Program-made: the position numbers and the translations under genes
NCBI GenBank assembly: GCA_964187785.1
Contig: OZ076416.1
Location: 21,948,001 to 22,012,000 of the forward strand
Reading direction: 5' to 3'
Source: Amphiscolops sp. MND2022
Taxonomy: Eukaryota
DNA length: 64,000 nt
The notes under the pieces: generated by a model
The model's input: only the letters and a program-made list of their open reading frames with translations
What the model was told of the DNA's origin: nothing
Databases searched by the model: none
Shown: piece after piece, positions 1 through 13,597 of the stretch
Layout of the letters: the number at the start of each line of letters is the position of its first letter
Numbering within the stretch: position 1 is the first letter of the stretch

Positions 1-289
1 CTCAAATCTCAGAAACTACTGAATATTATTCGTTTTCCAAGTGACAAAAATAAGTTTTTCATTCATCTTTAATTTATGTCATATCCCGATCTTCTGACGG
101 TTGTAGTGATCACAAGACAAGATGTTTTAAATGAAAATGGTTTTCGGGAAATCTTCAAAATTTCAATAAAACACTTTTTCAAAGCCTCCTGCGTCCAAGT
201 TATCGTTGTTTCAAAAAGGTCATGTTTTTAATTTGGGCGCTCCTTTAGACGGGTTGTCGAATGCTGAAAGACGTTTGTTGATATCTTTT

Positions 290-960
290 TCCATCTTTGA
301 GGAAACAGGTTTCGATTTTTAGTTTGATTGAGTGGGGGCAAATTCAAAGTGTGCGGCAGCCGTTTTCTTATTAGCTTGCGTACGATCTGGATTTGATTGC
401 TTCTGTTTTCTAGCACGCTTTGGTGAGTTGTATTCAATGCCTACAACGCTCACTGTGAAGTTTAACTCTTGCTTAACCTCAAACACATGTATTAGCGAAG
501 CAATTAGACCAACTTCCTCTTCACATTTAAATATGACTTCTGGTTCAGTTTCTGTTGACATTCGTTCCTGGAAAGTTTTTAAACGTTTACTCAGCACGTA
601 GTGGGGTCAAATAGGAACATTTATTTGGTTTATTGTTCTTATATTAGCGATAGTTATTACCAAGAAATTCGCTGTCAAATTGTCTTTCCGAATAAAATTT
701 TCAACATAGGTTTCGAAGGCAGTGGCGGTATTGCTTTCATACGTTGTGCGGTTGCTTCATAGCAGCTTCGAGGGTAATTTTGGTTGTCAACGGGACGAAA
801 GACAAAAATCTTGTCGTTAAACAAAAAGGCGAAGTACTTGAAATACTTATTTTTACCTTTGCTATTATAAACATATCACACGCGGATAATCTACCTTGCT
901 GATGAAATAAAATTTATTAAGCTTCATAACTATAGCGCAGAAGTCAAAATTCCTACATTC
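290..960. repeat. Dispersed repeat, copy 1 (unclassified; diverged homolog at about 8960-9640)
   Basis: Blocks such as gttttcttattagc..tctggatttgattgct..ctagcacgc..tggtgagttgtattcaatgcctaca and ataatctaccttgctga recur in the same orientation near 9030-9600. Boundaries are approximate. Confidence 0.7.
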
Positions 961-2914
961 CAAATTCCCATTCCCCCGACTTGGACTACTACTCTCCTGA
1001 GTTGGTTTAGTTGATCTTTAAGTCTCTTACTTGGGCGTTATGATTCGCTAATTCGCTGTCCTGTCAGGTTGTGATGTAACCTAGTTCTGTCTCCAAATAT
1101 GGCTGAAAATGTTTTGATTTTATCAAAGATTTCAACATTTCTTCACACTATTTTCATCTTTTTCAATCCCATATAAGATTTTGCAAAATGAAGTGTGGCA
1201 GATACTAAAGCTACCTCTTTTCTATTATAGTTACGTTCTTAATAACCGGGTTTTCTAGTTCTTTCTCCTAAAACTTTGTCTATTGTCAAATTTCAATTTT
1301 CAATCCAAGAGAGAAAAAAATATAGTTTTCGAACGCTTCAATGAGACAAAGAAATACAGCGGGGAATGCTGTTCACGGGTTTGGTGCAAGTTAATACAAG
1401 TTAATTTTGTGAATAGTATCATCTCACGTATGGGGCTCCGTACTACTGTGCAAAGGCTTCCTTCATATACCATACTTCTTGTGTTGTGGACATCCTGTCG
1501 CCTTGGTAGTGAGGGGATCATTGAAAACCATCTTGAACTCCACTGCTGTTGGTGAATGACGACTTCGTTCTTCTACAACCCATAAAATTCACGTTGTCTG
1601 GCTGAATTCATTTGAGACTGGTCACAAAGTCAGTACGACAAAGACTATGCGTACCATCGTTGCGAGGCACTTGTGTCAGAGGCTCTTAGAGGGTTGGTAC
1701 TCAAATATTGACACGACAGGTCGTAAATCGTTCTTCCGAATCGTCTTTAAAAAAGTTATAAGGACTTTTAGGAACAATATCGTTTCCACATGTCATTTCC
1801 GCGATTTACCAATTGCGAGAGGTCGTCCGTGTAGACTTAGACAGAACAAATCCCATTGCTGGTTTCAAACTTGTTCTTACTTTTCACCAAAGTACCCCAT
1901 TACATCAACACAAAAACTACATATACTTTATCTTTCGACAATACTTGCGAGTCGAAGCAAGCGGAGAAAAACGTTTTTCCATGACAACATAGCACACAAT
2001 TAAATGGTTAAAAGTACGGTGTTAAAATTTTTTTAACGAAAGTTGTTTGAATTGATTGTAGAGACGACCACTACACATTTTCAATTCTAGCGACGGATGC
2101 AATGGTGTTAACACAAAAGAATGGATGTGAGCTGATAGCGACACTGATGACGCTGATTGTGCGAGTCAGCACTTCATGACTGACTATCCGAGCTTACGAT
2201 AAATTACTCAGTCATGCCCTCGAACGGCTAAGCAAGTGCTCCGAAGACGCCAATGTTGTTTGGGACGTACTACGTACTACGAACTCGTATATGCCACAGC
2301 GAATTGGCGGTCGACGTTGTAGTTTCTTTAACTAACGAGTCTGATCGGTTACTCTCGTTCTCTTCATCTAGGTTCGGCAGTGAATAACTCCCGCCTTCAT
2401 TTGTTTCTTCATAAACAAGAGAGGAGTTTACATCTCACAGTTCAGGGACATACAAGGTGCGACTAGTCAGAAAAGCCGTCTCTTTGTCTACGGCACTTAT
2501 CAACGTGTGGCGTAGTGAAACTACACGTGCGACCGGTTTCCTATGGCTCGAGTTTCCGGCGAAACAAATGGTATGGTTGATTTTCGATCTCTATCTCGGT
2601 TGGATGAATCGGATTCACCCTTTGTTTCTTTAACGATTGGGAGTGTCTTCGTCGCTAATCGTTCGGTGCGTTTCGGGAGCGATTCATCAGGGTACGGTTT
2701 TAAACGATTTGAGTGGATATTTTGCCAATTATCCGGGGAATCTGGTTTACAAATCCAAAATTCACTTCGCTAGTTCTCTGGAGCACTTCGTACTCGTACG
2801 GTCCCTGGGTCTTTGCCATTGCACGTTGAATTTACGGGATTTTGTTTGGTCTAGCTCTGATAACAATACGATATCTTTTGGTTCCAACGGAGCTACATGT
2901 GGTTCTTGTTTATA

Positions 2915-3667
2915 TTATTCCTTCTGCCGACGTTGTTCTTTTCCCATAGTCATTTGCGCATGGCTATCTACTTCGTACAAATTCTCACTCAATTCGGTTT
3001 TAACGTCGGCCACTTCACTCCGAAAGTTTCGGGAAAAAAGATCGATCGGATGTTGAGATTCTCCTGCGTATAACCTGAAAAATGCAGTTGAACCGATTGT
3101 CTTTTGAACAGTAGTGGTATACACAAATACAACGTGAGGCAAGCATTGATTCCTTTTATGTGGTCTCTAGGCGCAATATTTCGATATTGTTTCGGCAATA
3201 ATGAGGTTGAATCGTTCTACTTGTCCGTTGCTTTGTGGATGATAAGGAGAGCTCCGAGTGTTGTCGATCATGAGGTTTTTACAAATATCCCGCATCACGT
3301 CACTACTGAAATTAGTTCCGTGGTCCGAATGTAAAGTATTAGGAGCATCGAACTTTCAAAACCACTCTTCTACTAAAGCTGAGGCCACAGCTTAAGACGT
3401 GATATACAACGGGCACAACATACTTCGTATACAAGTCAGAGATCACCTACCTGCGCATCGAGTACATTTAGCAATGTACGTGTCAACATTCGACGTCCAA
3501 CCAAACCGTAGTTCAATGTTCGCCATTGATTTCTCCACCGCAAAGTGACCTCCACTGAGAGCAGAATAGTGCAATTGATACAACACTTCGCCGCGCATAG
3601 TCGAAGGGACCACACACCCTAATGATTCGCTTTTGGTTGCTAGGAGCCACTTTTCGATAGAGGTCAT
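2915..3667 (-). pseudogene. Gypsy integrase fragment (HHCC domain plus catalytic core)
   Basis: ORF 3443-3667 has the H..H..C..C pattern. The reverse strand of 3200-3330 reads MRDICKNLMIDNTRSSPYHPQSNGQVERFNLIIAETISKY. Confidence 0.8.
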
Positions 3668-4436
3668 GATTTGCTAACGCTAGTTAATTCCAATCACTCC
3701 AAAACTCTAACGCTTTGGAACAGTTCCATTGCAGTGAAACTGGGCGCGGGATGGGGATGGGTCCCATATCGTCAATGGTTCCATCTATGGGGAAAGATTC
3801 CATCTATGGGGAATCCGTGTCTCACCATAGCTCCAAAAAATTTCCAAACCAGGGTCCACTCTTTGGCTCGCTATCGGACCTTATCCACGAATTATGCCCC
3901 CACTTTCACTCATACTAGTATCTTTTCTGATGCTACAACCGCGCCAGTGGTATCTATTTCTGCGGAATGGGAAGTAAAAGGCCGAGACAAAACAGGGGGT
4001 ACTTATGCATTTGTTCCTTTATTCAGGGGTTTTTGAGACCGGAGATGACTGAATTGAAAGTTTCGACGTTAGTATGCTCGAGTTTCTTGTCAGTTTCAGG
4101 GGTCGCTGACACTGTGTCAGGAACAGGTACCGTTTTAAAGAGGAAATTGTTGTCTTCCGGAAGATAAATAGACATACTTAAGAACGGCATCGGTACATTG
4201 ACGATAGAGCCATCGTCGTTCAAAACAGTTAGTTTTTGTTCATTCTCGTCCGCCGTGCATGGAATCTCCATCACAATTTTCGGTCCTACCATTCTTCCGG
4301 GTTAGAGATTTTTTTACTACAACAAAACCATCCTCAGCAACCAGGATTCCCAATTTTACATTCGCCTTCATAACGCCTTCCGTTGGGACTTCGTTGTCTA
4401 GAGGGCCGCGGCCCTCTAGACAACGAAGTCCCAACG

Positions 4437-4491
4437 GAAGGCGTTATGAAGGCGTTATGAAGGCGACTTCAAGGCGTTAGGAAGGCGTTAT
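4437..4491. repeat. 11-bp minisatellite (gaaggcgttat) x5
   Basis: Units read directly: gaaggcgttat, gaaggcgttat, gaaggcgactt, caaggcgttag, gaaggcgttat. Confidence 0.9.
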
Positions 4492-7400
4492 GAAGAAGTT
4501 CAAGCAGTCTAGGACTGGCAAGAGCGATCGGTATGATCCATCGACTCCCCACACTATTCGTTTGACCGCGGTCAATTGACTAGTGTGGGGAGTCAATGGA
4601 TCATACTGATTGCTCTTGCCAGTTCTAGACTGCTTGGACTTCTACTAGCGCCGGTGTCAATCATCGCCAACAACGACGACATCCGACTTCATTGGGAACT
4701 AAAAGGGTTGCTCTCGGAACGTATTTGCTATAAGCAGTTTTTTATGTTTGGTCTCTTTACGCGAGGCCTGATTCGGAAATGAAAATCGTTTTTAAAACAA
4801 ATTCTCGCAAAGCCGGGCTCTGCCTGTTTGCCTTCGAAAATCTTTTGTTCGGGGTGACTAAATATAGCAGGGTATTCGGTCCCTTCGGATAAAATCCTCC
4901 GGGACCAAATTCGTCGAACATTTGTTGCCAAACTTCAGGTTTCAGTTTTGCTGTCGCAGACGACTTTCGTTAGTACTTTCCTAGGGCGAACGTACGGATT
5001 AGTTTTTGGAAAAGTGATAGCAGCGAAGGAAGGGATAGGGTTCCAAGCACGAGGACAGCCTACTTCTGCATACTCGGCGTAGTTTAAAAGATTTTGTTTG
5101 GGTCGTTCCGGACAATCTTTGGCGTAAATCCTTATCAAACCACAATCGGAATTCGTCCTTTCTTCGAAGGGGATGTGTATTGTTTACATGTCCTGACGAT
5201 CCTACCCAATTCCAAGTTTGATGCGAATTAGGTGTGAGAAGGGCTTGAGAGCGAGGAGGGCGCCAGTTTTGGGGCTGCCCACCAACCGGCCGTGGCGGAC
5301 TTCCCAACGCTACAACAATCTGAAATGACATGTCCTTTACACTTTGCACGATGGTTTGACTTTGTCTGGTCGTTAAGTTAGCTAGTTTCGAAATTTGTTG
5401 GATTTCTTTGGAAACTTGCTGACAAATGGAATTTCCGAAACGATCAAAACAACTTGCCACATTAGTTAACGAAGTTTGTTGAGCTGCAAACTTTTCTTCA
5501 GTGTGATTGTTGTTTGAATAACCCGCTCTGACTGCATCGGGTTACTCGAAGTCATCCTCGGAGTTGCGGAGTTTATCAAACGTCCGATATCTATTTAGTT
5601 CTTGAGTCTTCGGGATTTTTTTCTGTGCTCTTTGCAGTTACCCCGAAATCACGGTCACGCTCGCCTTCATACAGTTTTGTTTGAATTCTTGAATTAAGAG
5701 TCCCTCGAATTCTCAGGAAGGGCTACATCTGGAAAATGACGTACACTTCTCGAAAATTCTCTTAGATCTTTCCCATTGTTTAACGGCTTCAAACTCGGAC
5801 CGTGTAGCTCTTTGACTGCAATACTGTTGCATTTTCTGTTTTAGTATGTCAAGGAGTTCATCAAAACGTGGAGATATTAAACAGGTTCTTTTTCAGTATG
5901 TCTACATGGCAGTGTTTCAATTTCTTCATTAGCCCATGCTGCTGAACAAGTGAGTATATGTGCAATAGTTTTTACCTTAATTTACCATCCCTTGGCTTTT
6001 GCGACTGCCTGGAAATTTTTTACACACGACTGCCAACCGGTTGTGTTCTTTACTAGGACGTTTTTTGGGTTCAATTGGTGATTTTTCATTGAAGGGTTTT
6101 TGTATTCGCAAAACTCATTTTCTGCAGCTAGGGCGTTATCAGAATTTAGATCTTCTTCAAGTTTGATGCCTTTTAACCTTTTTTCATGTCTTTCACTCGC
6201 TTATAATGATTTCACTCGTCTTCTTTCTGTTCCTTCAATGCGACAGCTAATCCTAGGAAGGAAAAGTTGATGGAGTTACTCGCCGATGGTTTGCTACCAC
6301 CTGACTTAGACGATTGGGTTCTGTTGTTGTCGTTTTCGGCGTGGGGAGATAGCTGCTCCATCTTTTAGTCTCCGGACATCAGGGTACAAACTCGGGTTGT
6401 GGCGATAAGAAAGGAGAAGAATGAATCAATTGAAGAGGCGATAACAAGAGAAACTAAGAAAACCCACCCTGGATTTGGAGGACAGTTCGTTTCGTACTGC
6501 GCAGACATCTACAAAACTTTCTTGCATCAAACCAATTTCATATAATAATCTCTTCATCTTTAGAAAGAACACTATCATTGGCATGAACAACCGCATGTAA
6601 GAAAAAATTACAGTTGTTGTCTTTACTACAGTAGAAGTGCAGCTTATTCAATTTTTTTTCTCATTTTGTTGAATGAATGCTGCAACTTAACATCATCAGC
6701 GGCGCTTGGAGCATAATCCACTATTAGAACGTCCTGACAAAAGATTCTTGGCTTCAGTGCGCATCATGAAATGAACTGCGAACACCAGCAAGTGCAAATT
6801 CGGAGAACCCTGAGAAGGCTGGTTTTCTTGTGAAGAAGAAGTGCATATTGTTCTCTTTCCAGAGTGGTGCATGGAATGCTTCCTTACCTTGAGTAAGGTT
6901 TTCGATTTTCAGTAGTTTTAACTATTTGTTGAGATTGGCTCCACTGCAACTCAATTGAAACCGTAGGTACCATGCAGGGGACAAGAACTGGCTGAGTACA
7001 AAAATTGGTAACAACTTCAAAGGAACAGAAGAGTCAACTCGATCGAAGACAGTGGATCTTCTACAACTTCTAATATTAGCTTTTTTCGAGGGGTTTCTCG
7101 TGCCACTATTAAGGTGCTGAAATCTTTTCAAAACTGAAATGTGCAGTTTGAAAGTCAAGTAATACACAAAACTATAGGACGACTAGTAGACACGAACACA
7201 ATGTCACATCCACGAGTAATAGCATGAACACAAAGATAACGACTGAGGTTAATACGGACTGTATTGTGAAGTATATAACACACGAAATCAATAAACAAAT
7301 GTTTAAACAAGGTTGATTTGTTCAAGGTGTGATGTCTGTGAGATATCGAAATAGGCAACTCGCCGCAATTATTCTCTCTAGGACTTGGAGTTAAAGCAAT

Positions 7401-8959
7401 CACAGAGTTCGAGGGCCACTGAACCCGTATTACATGTAGAGACGATAGACCAATTGTCCCCCTGCTGCTGTGTCAAATTTCGTACTAAGAGATGGCGGAT
7501 CAGCTATCTGTCAGGCAACTTCTAAGGCGTCATGGCCAATCCAAGTAAATCTGCAAATCTAATAGTCTAGTCCCTGATCCGGAACCTAAAGACTCCGTAA
7601 AAACTGCAAGCCGTCTTTTAGAGATGGACTCACTTTGTGTGTTGTTCGAATGGACGCATGTCTTGGCTAGAGTTACTTTTTTGGCAGCTTAGTCACTTAA
7701 GTTTTTTTTCGTATTTTGTCATCTTTCCTTTTTGGGGGGCCTGACTAAGTGTTGGGTAATACAGTTTTTCCTACTGCGGTATAAAAGATTCATCAGAATG
7801 ACATTTTCTCATCTTCAGCCTGCCCTGGTTCTACTTTCTTGTCAATTATGACTAGAGGTTTTACTTCGTTTTCAATACAATTTATGGGAGGTATTTTTGA
7901 CTCAACTTTTTCTTAATTCTGCAGACACGACTTTAATTTCGGCTCAATTATTGACTTTTACTTTTTTTGTCAAGTCTTCTTTCCTGCAAGACTCCTGACG
8001 GTTCTCTACAGCAAAATGTGGTCGAAGGAAAAACTTCCCAACAATTAACCTAAAAGACAATTTCATTTCACATCTCCAAAGGCAGATTTTTTAGTTATTT
8101 TTTCGAAGGGCAAAAACTAAGTTTTCCGATTACCGGGGGCTAAATCAATTAGAAGATTTGAAAGAAAATTAAAAGAGCTACAAGCACTTTCGCATTGTTA
8201 CCTTTCTATTTTGACTCCTCTAAGTTGAAAAACTCCATTGAAGTATTTTGCATTTTAGATGAGGTCTCTATCTTTTTTCAACAAAATTATTAGGCACTTT
8301 TTCTGGAAAGAGACTTTTTTCAAAGTTTCGTGATTTCTAACTTTAGAGGTCAATATCTCAAAACCAGGTCACTTTTCAGAAAAACGCTCCTGCTAAACGC
8401 TGTGCGCTATACTTGTGTGCGTCTAACAGGTAAGTTCCAACTCGATACCGTCCCCAACGTGCAGCGTAGGTTAGCAGTTTGGTTGGTCGATGTTACAACG
8501 AAGTCACAACTTCCATTTTTCCGGGTTTTCGCCAGTGTGTTGCAGCGCTCCATTTACTACTTCATTCACCCATCAGCTTCAATTCTGAAATACGCTGCAA
8601 CAGGGGCGGCTAATGTGCGTTTGTAGGTTGAGTACTAAGCGATAACTCACTAAAAACGACATTTTAGACTAATTTAAGGCCATTTTAAACGTTTGCTGCT
8701 CAAATCTTAAAAAACGATTGTATAATGTTTATCTTACAACCGGCACAAGTAAGACAATTAATTATCTTTAATTCAAGCCATATACCTTTTGGTACAGTTG
8801 TAGCGATCATTCTAAACTTTCGAAATTCATCAAAATTTTAAAAGAGCTTATTTTCAAAGCCTTCACCACCAAGTTTTTGTTGTTTTACAAGGCTCATATC
8901 TTCAACCTAAGCTCTCCATTGGTCGGGCAGTCGATTGCTGAACTACGTGTTTTGATTTC

Positions 8960-9640
8960 TTGTTCCATCTTTGAAAAATGGGTTTTGAATTCTCATTTTG
9001 AATAGGAGTGGGAATAATTCAAAATGTGCGGCGGCTGTTTTCTTATTAGCTGTGCGTACAGCCACTCACAGCGCGGTCTGGATTTGATTGCTTTTGCTTT
9101 CTAGCACGCATTGGTGAGTTGTATTCAATGCCTACACCGCTCAAAGTGAAGTTTCATTCTCGCTCACACTCGAAAACATGTATTAACACAGCAATTCGAC
9201 CAACTTTCTGTTCACAGTTAAATATTACTTCCAGCTCAAATTTTGTTGAAACTCGTTTCTCAATGTTCTTAAAAGTTCACAACTCAGCACATAATCAGAT
9301 CAAATAGGATCATTTATTCTATTAGTTTTTCATGTATAGTAATAGTTACCGAGAAATTCGATGTCAACGTTTCTTTCCGAATAAATTTTTTATACATAGT
9401 TTTAGATGGCGGCAACGATATTGCATGAAAGCGTTGCGCTGGTTCATAGCAGCTTCGATGGGTTGTCAACGGAACGAAAGTCAAAAATTTTAACCTTATA
9501 CAATAAGGCGAGGTACTTGAAGTACTTACTGTTATCTTTGCTCTGATTTGCATATCACACCTTGCTGGATAATCTACCTTGCTGACGGAATAAAATTCAA
9601 TGAACATCATAAATTGAGCAAAACAGTCAAAAATCCTACA
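8960..9640. repeat. Dispersed repeat, copy 2 (homolog of about 290-960)
   Basis: Shares the sequence blocks of 290-960 in the same orientation, with small indels. Confidence 0.7.
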
Positions 9641-10636
9641 CCTTGCTTTGATTTGTTTCAAGATTTTTGTCTCAAATGAACAGGTTAACAACTAGATTCA
9701 GTCTATGAGAAAGCAGCCTATCATTTTGATATTTAGAATTTTCGCTAATCGCCGGTTGTTGTCTCGTTATCCATAACCAAAAATTTTACTTCATTCATGC
9801 TCTTGCTGAAGACACACAGTGCCATTTCTATTACGTTTTTCAATGTTGCGGGGCCGAAAAATAAAATTGATCACACAGTGGACTGAATGCAAGTAGAAGA
9901 GGATCCCCTTCATAGTTAGCAAACACACCGTAAAAATGAGTGCCGTTGAAAACACACCTATCCAATATGATGTCAAGTTTTTGGTGTGAGAACTCGAAAA
10001 AAACTCGACTGGACAATAATGATCATCTTGCCCATATATGTTTTGACAGCGTCGTCGCAGATATGTGAAAGGTATGTAATTTCAAGCAAGCGGGTTTCCA
10101 GAAAAACAAAGTTACATTGTTGTTCAAAATTATCCTACCGATTCATTTGTTAATGGTTATAACTTTTTAAGGAATAAATGGGAATTTAAAAAGAATGTTG
10201 AAACTAAAAAACATCTTATTTCCGTTTCCCAGTCGCTCTGATACGTAATAACGGGGCTAGTCAGGTTATGATGGCTCTAGTTTTCATATTGGCTCTGTTT
10301 GCACATGAAAGAAATCCAGAGACACGGGTGAAAAAAATTCAGAAACGATTTTGCCAGAGTAAGGTGAAAAAAGACAAAGATATGTTCCGATATTTGGGCA
10401 ATCCAATATAACGTGAAAGTGAATGTTCACACAAATCAAGCTATCCGCGAGCATCTCTAATGTGATAGAGCGAGGTGCGCATTTCCCAGATTTACAATCC
10501 AATGGTACTTGTAGCCTTCACATCATCTGCACGTTTCGTTATCAACACCTTCTCCTCAAATGTTTCGATGCGCATTTCCTAGTGTGAACAATATTTATGG
10601 TGTTTCGGAACAATAATCCTTAGTTTTGTTGCCGCT

Positions 10637-10813
10637 NNNNNNNNNNNNNNNNNNNNNNNNNNNNNNNNNNNNNNNNNNNNNNNNNNNNNNNNNNNNNNNN
10701 NNNNNNNNNNNNNNNNNNNNNNNNNNNNNNNNNNNNNNNNNNNNNNNNNNNNNNNNNNNNNNNNNNNNNNNNNNNNNNNNNNNNNNNNNNNNNNNNNNNN
10801 NNNNNNNNNNNNN
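10637..10813. other. Assembly gap (N run)
   Basis: Run of n characters. Confidence 1.
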
Positions 10814-10895
10814 GACCGAAATTTTTAGACTGTAGATATTAATTAGTCTAGCCTTAAACACATCGACGTCGGCGGTATCGCAAGCAAGCGGACAA

Positions 10896-11730
10896 TTGCT
10901 AACCAATGAGACAATGAACAGGACGGCGGAACGGACCTGCACACAAAAACTTACCATTCCGACATTGGAAAAGCAAGATCACACCAATGCAAATCTGTGG
11001 TGGCGGAAATTTGTTCAATATATAAAAATGACGAAAGACATCGACCTATCGACGATGACAAACAACAAAGAGATACTGCCACAATACCGTGATCAATTAG
11101 AAACAGAGATAAAAGACATATTTCTATGGGCAATTGGACAGAACGCTATCACGGAAATGACGAAAACGGTTAGAGAAAGAGAACCAAACTCACTACCGTT
11201 ACACAAACTATATACACTATTTCGCTTACATTTCACACCAGAGAGGAACGTACAACACAGCAGAGCCGATTTCTTTGACCTAAAAAGAAAACACGGAGAA
11301 TCAGCGGCAGACGTATGGAAACGAATCCTGGAAGTAGAAAAGAACTGCGAATTCGAGACGATAACCGCAGCGGAACTCCTTACAACAAAATTTTCATCAC
11401 TCATCGGTAAATCTACCGGTGATTACGAATTGAAAAAAAAATTAGAAAAAGTGACATGTCAGTGGAAGCAATAACCGATATACTACATGAGTACATGTAC
11501 GAGAAATTGAACGACTCACCAGAAACAAAAGAAGAAAAGAAGATCCGATACGTAAATGAAAACACACCCAAACAAAGAAACGGGAGATAAACCAGCAAAA
11601 TTCAAAAAAGCCGACTATAACTGATGTGGCGCGGCAAACTGGTCAAGACAACACGTATGCCCAGCCAGAGGAAAGAAATGCGCAAAATGCGGAAAACCGG
11701 GCCACTTCGCGAAATTCTGCCGATCCAACA
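10896..11730 (+). pseudogene. gag: Gypsy gag (frameshifted) with CCHC zinc knuckle
   Basis: ORF 10896-11474 continues after a frameshift. The knuckle CPARGKKCAKCGKPGHFAKFCRS reads directly from 11658. Confidence 0.85.
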
Positions 11731-11859
11731 AAAAGATAAACCATATACAAGACGAAGCAACAAGTAGTGCGGAAGATGATGAATGGTCTCCATACACGAT
11801 CCATTGATTAATCCAAAAGATCCATTCAACGCGATCACCGAACAGCAAGGATCCGGAGT

Positions 11860-13560
11860 TCTTTACACTATCCGCATTGGTCAATAACCGACCAATAAAA
11901 ATCATTATAGATAGCGGTTCCCGGTGACGCTAATACCGAAAACACTATTCATTAATATAACACCGTTACATCCGCTGGAAACGGAATACAGAGACGTAAA
12001 CGACAACCCGATAAAATTTGAGGGAAAAACAACAGCGATGGTAAATATAAACGGAAAACAAAAACATTGCTGGGACTGGACTGGATGAAAAAACTGGGAA
12101 TAACATTGGAAAAAAGCAATACCGACACACAAATAAACAGCATTAGAGAAGATCCAGACGTAAAGATGCTCAAGAAACAGTTCAGGAAACTATTCAACGA
12201 AAACCACACGGTAAATGGACTGGAAGTCGAAATACAATTGAAGGAAGGTGCAAAATCAATCCAACAGAAAGGGAGGCCCATACCGATTCACTTACAACAA
12301 TCGGTTGGAAAGGAAATAGAGAAATTAAAGAAACAAGGCCACATCGAAAAAGCGAAAGATATAGGCGAAAACTGCTTTGTGAGCCCGGCGGTCATAACAA
12401 TCAAGAAAGACAAGTCGGTAAAGATCGCTTTAGATTCGAGAAAACTAAATGAAATCACAGTAAAAAGAAAAGCACAATTGCCTAATATGGATGAACTGAT
12501 CTCAAGAATCTCGAGAAAAATTGCGGACGGACCGGCAGATGAAATTTGGATTTCAAAATTCGATCTGGATTATGCGTACGGACAGTTACTGTTATCCAGG
12601 GAAGCCCGGAACCTATGCATATTTGCCGTAACCGGCGGGAACTTACTACCGTTTCCTGAAAGGGATTTACGGGTTAGCGGACATACCGACCATATTCCAA
12701 GAGAAGATTGACCAAACACTGGAGAATAAACACCCAGCATGGCTGGACGACATCATTGTTGTGACGAAAAGTTCAAAAGAACAACATAAAAAAGAACTCA
12801 TTGACGTATTATCCAGACTTGAAAACACCGGATGGCGACTGAGTGAAAACAAATCCGAATTCTTCAAAACGGAGATTGAATGAATCGGACATAAAATTGA
12901 CCAAAACGGTATCAGACCGTTACAAGACAAATTGATGGCCACTAAAGAACTAAAACAGCCGAAAAACGAAAAAAAACTAAAGTCATTTCTGGGAGCCATA
13001 CAATGTCTGTCCAAATACATAAACAATTTATCCGCACAAACAGACGGATTGAGACAACTGCTGAAAAAAGATAACGAATGGATATGGACAGACGAACACA
13101 CCAAAGCATTCGAAAATCTCAATTAAAAAATCACGGAAATACCGTGTTTGGCACACTATAATTCAGACTATCCAAACATTATAACCACCGACGCCAGCAC
13201 TGAAGGCCTCGGAGGAATTCTTTTGGCAAGAACAACTGGACGGAAATTTAAAACCAATTGGCTTCGCTAGCCGCTATTTGTCAGATACAGAAAAAAATAC
13301 GCAATCAACGAGCTATAATAGTTGGCCGTAGTTTGAGGTTTAGAACATTTTCGACTCTACTTTTACGGAAAAACAATAAAATTATTAACGGACCGTCAAG
13401 CGCTAGAACCGTTGATAAAACGGAATAGATCGAACAAAACATATAGCGCCCGGCTAACAAGATGGTAAAACTTCACGATAAACGTCAACAATATAGCCGG
13501 TGAGCACTTACCACTCACGAATTATCTAAGTAGAAATCCGACAGCGCCGCCACAAGCAGA
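11860..13560 (+). pseudogene. pol: Gypsy pol: protease, reverse transcriptase, RNase H (frameshifts and stops)
   Basis: KIIIDSGS protease motif near 11900. ORF 12067-12711 has VSPAVITIKKDKSVKIALDSRKLN and SKFDLDYAYGQL. The catalytic box WLDD is at 12740-12751, and RNase H IITTDAS is near 13180. Confidence 0.9.
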
Positions 13561-13597
13561 CGAAGCGTACGACGAAGAATACGTCATCAATAACATC

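Larger units (their letters stand above)
2100..6100 (-). mobile_element. Degenerate Ty3/Gypsy LTR retrotransposon remnant (gag knuckle, protease, integrase; RT/RNase H largely deleted)
   Basis: Minus-strand fragments occur in Gypsy order: gag-like ORFs 4999-5460 and 4935-5138 (knuckle-like YAKDCP), aspartic protease LAMIDTGAS near 4650-4680, integrase zinc domain (ORF 3443-3667, LHYSALSGGHF..CTRC), core PYHPQSNGQVERFN near 3200-3270 and C-terminal ORF 2915-3142. There are many stops and frameshifts, and I found no matched LTR pair. Confidence 0.8.

Noticed and set aside
2106-2431. Candidate 3' LTR of the first Gypsy remnant (TGT..ACA ends)
   Set aside because: No second copy, PPT or TSD was found to confirm it.
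6600-6900. RKHSMHHSGKR as a C2H2 zinc-finger linker
   Set aside because: No correctly spaced upstream cysteines, and the frame closes quickly.
10595-10957. ORFs spanning N runs (also 16615-17195 and 24319-24717)
   Set aside because: They are artefacts of translating through assembly gaps.
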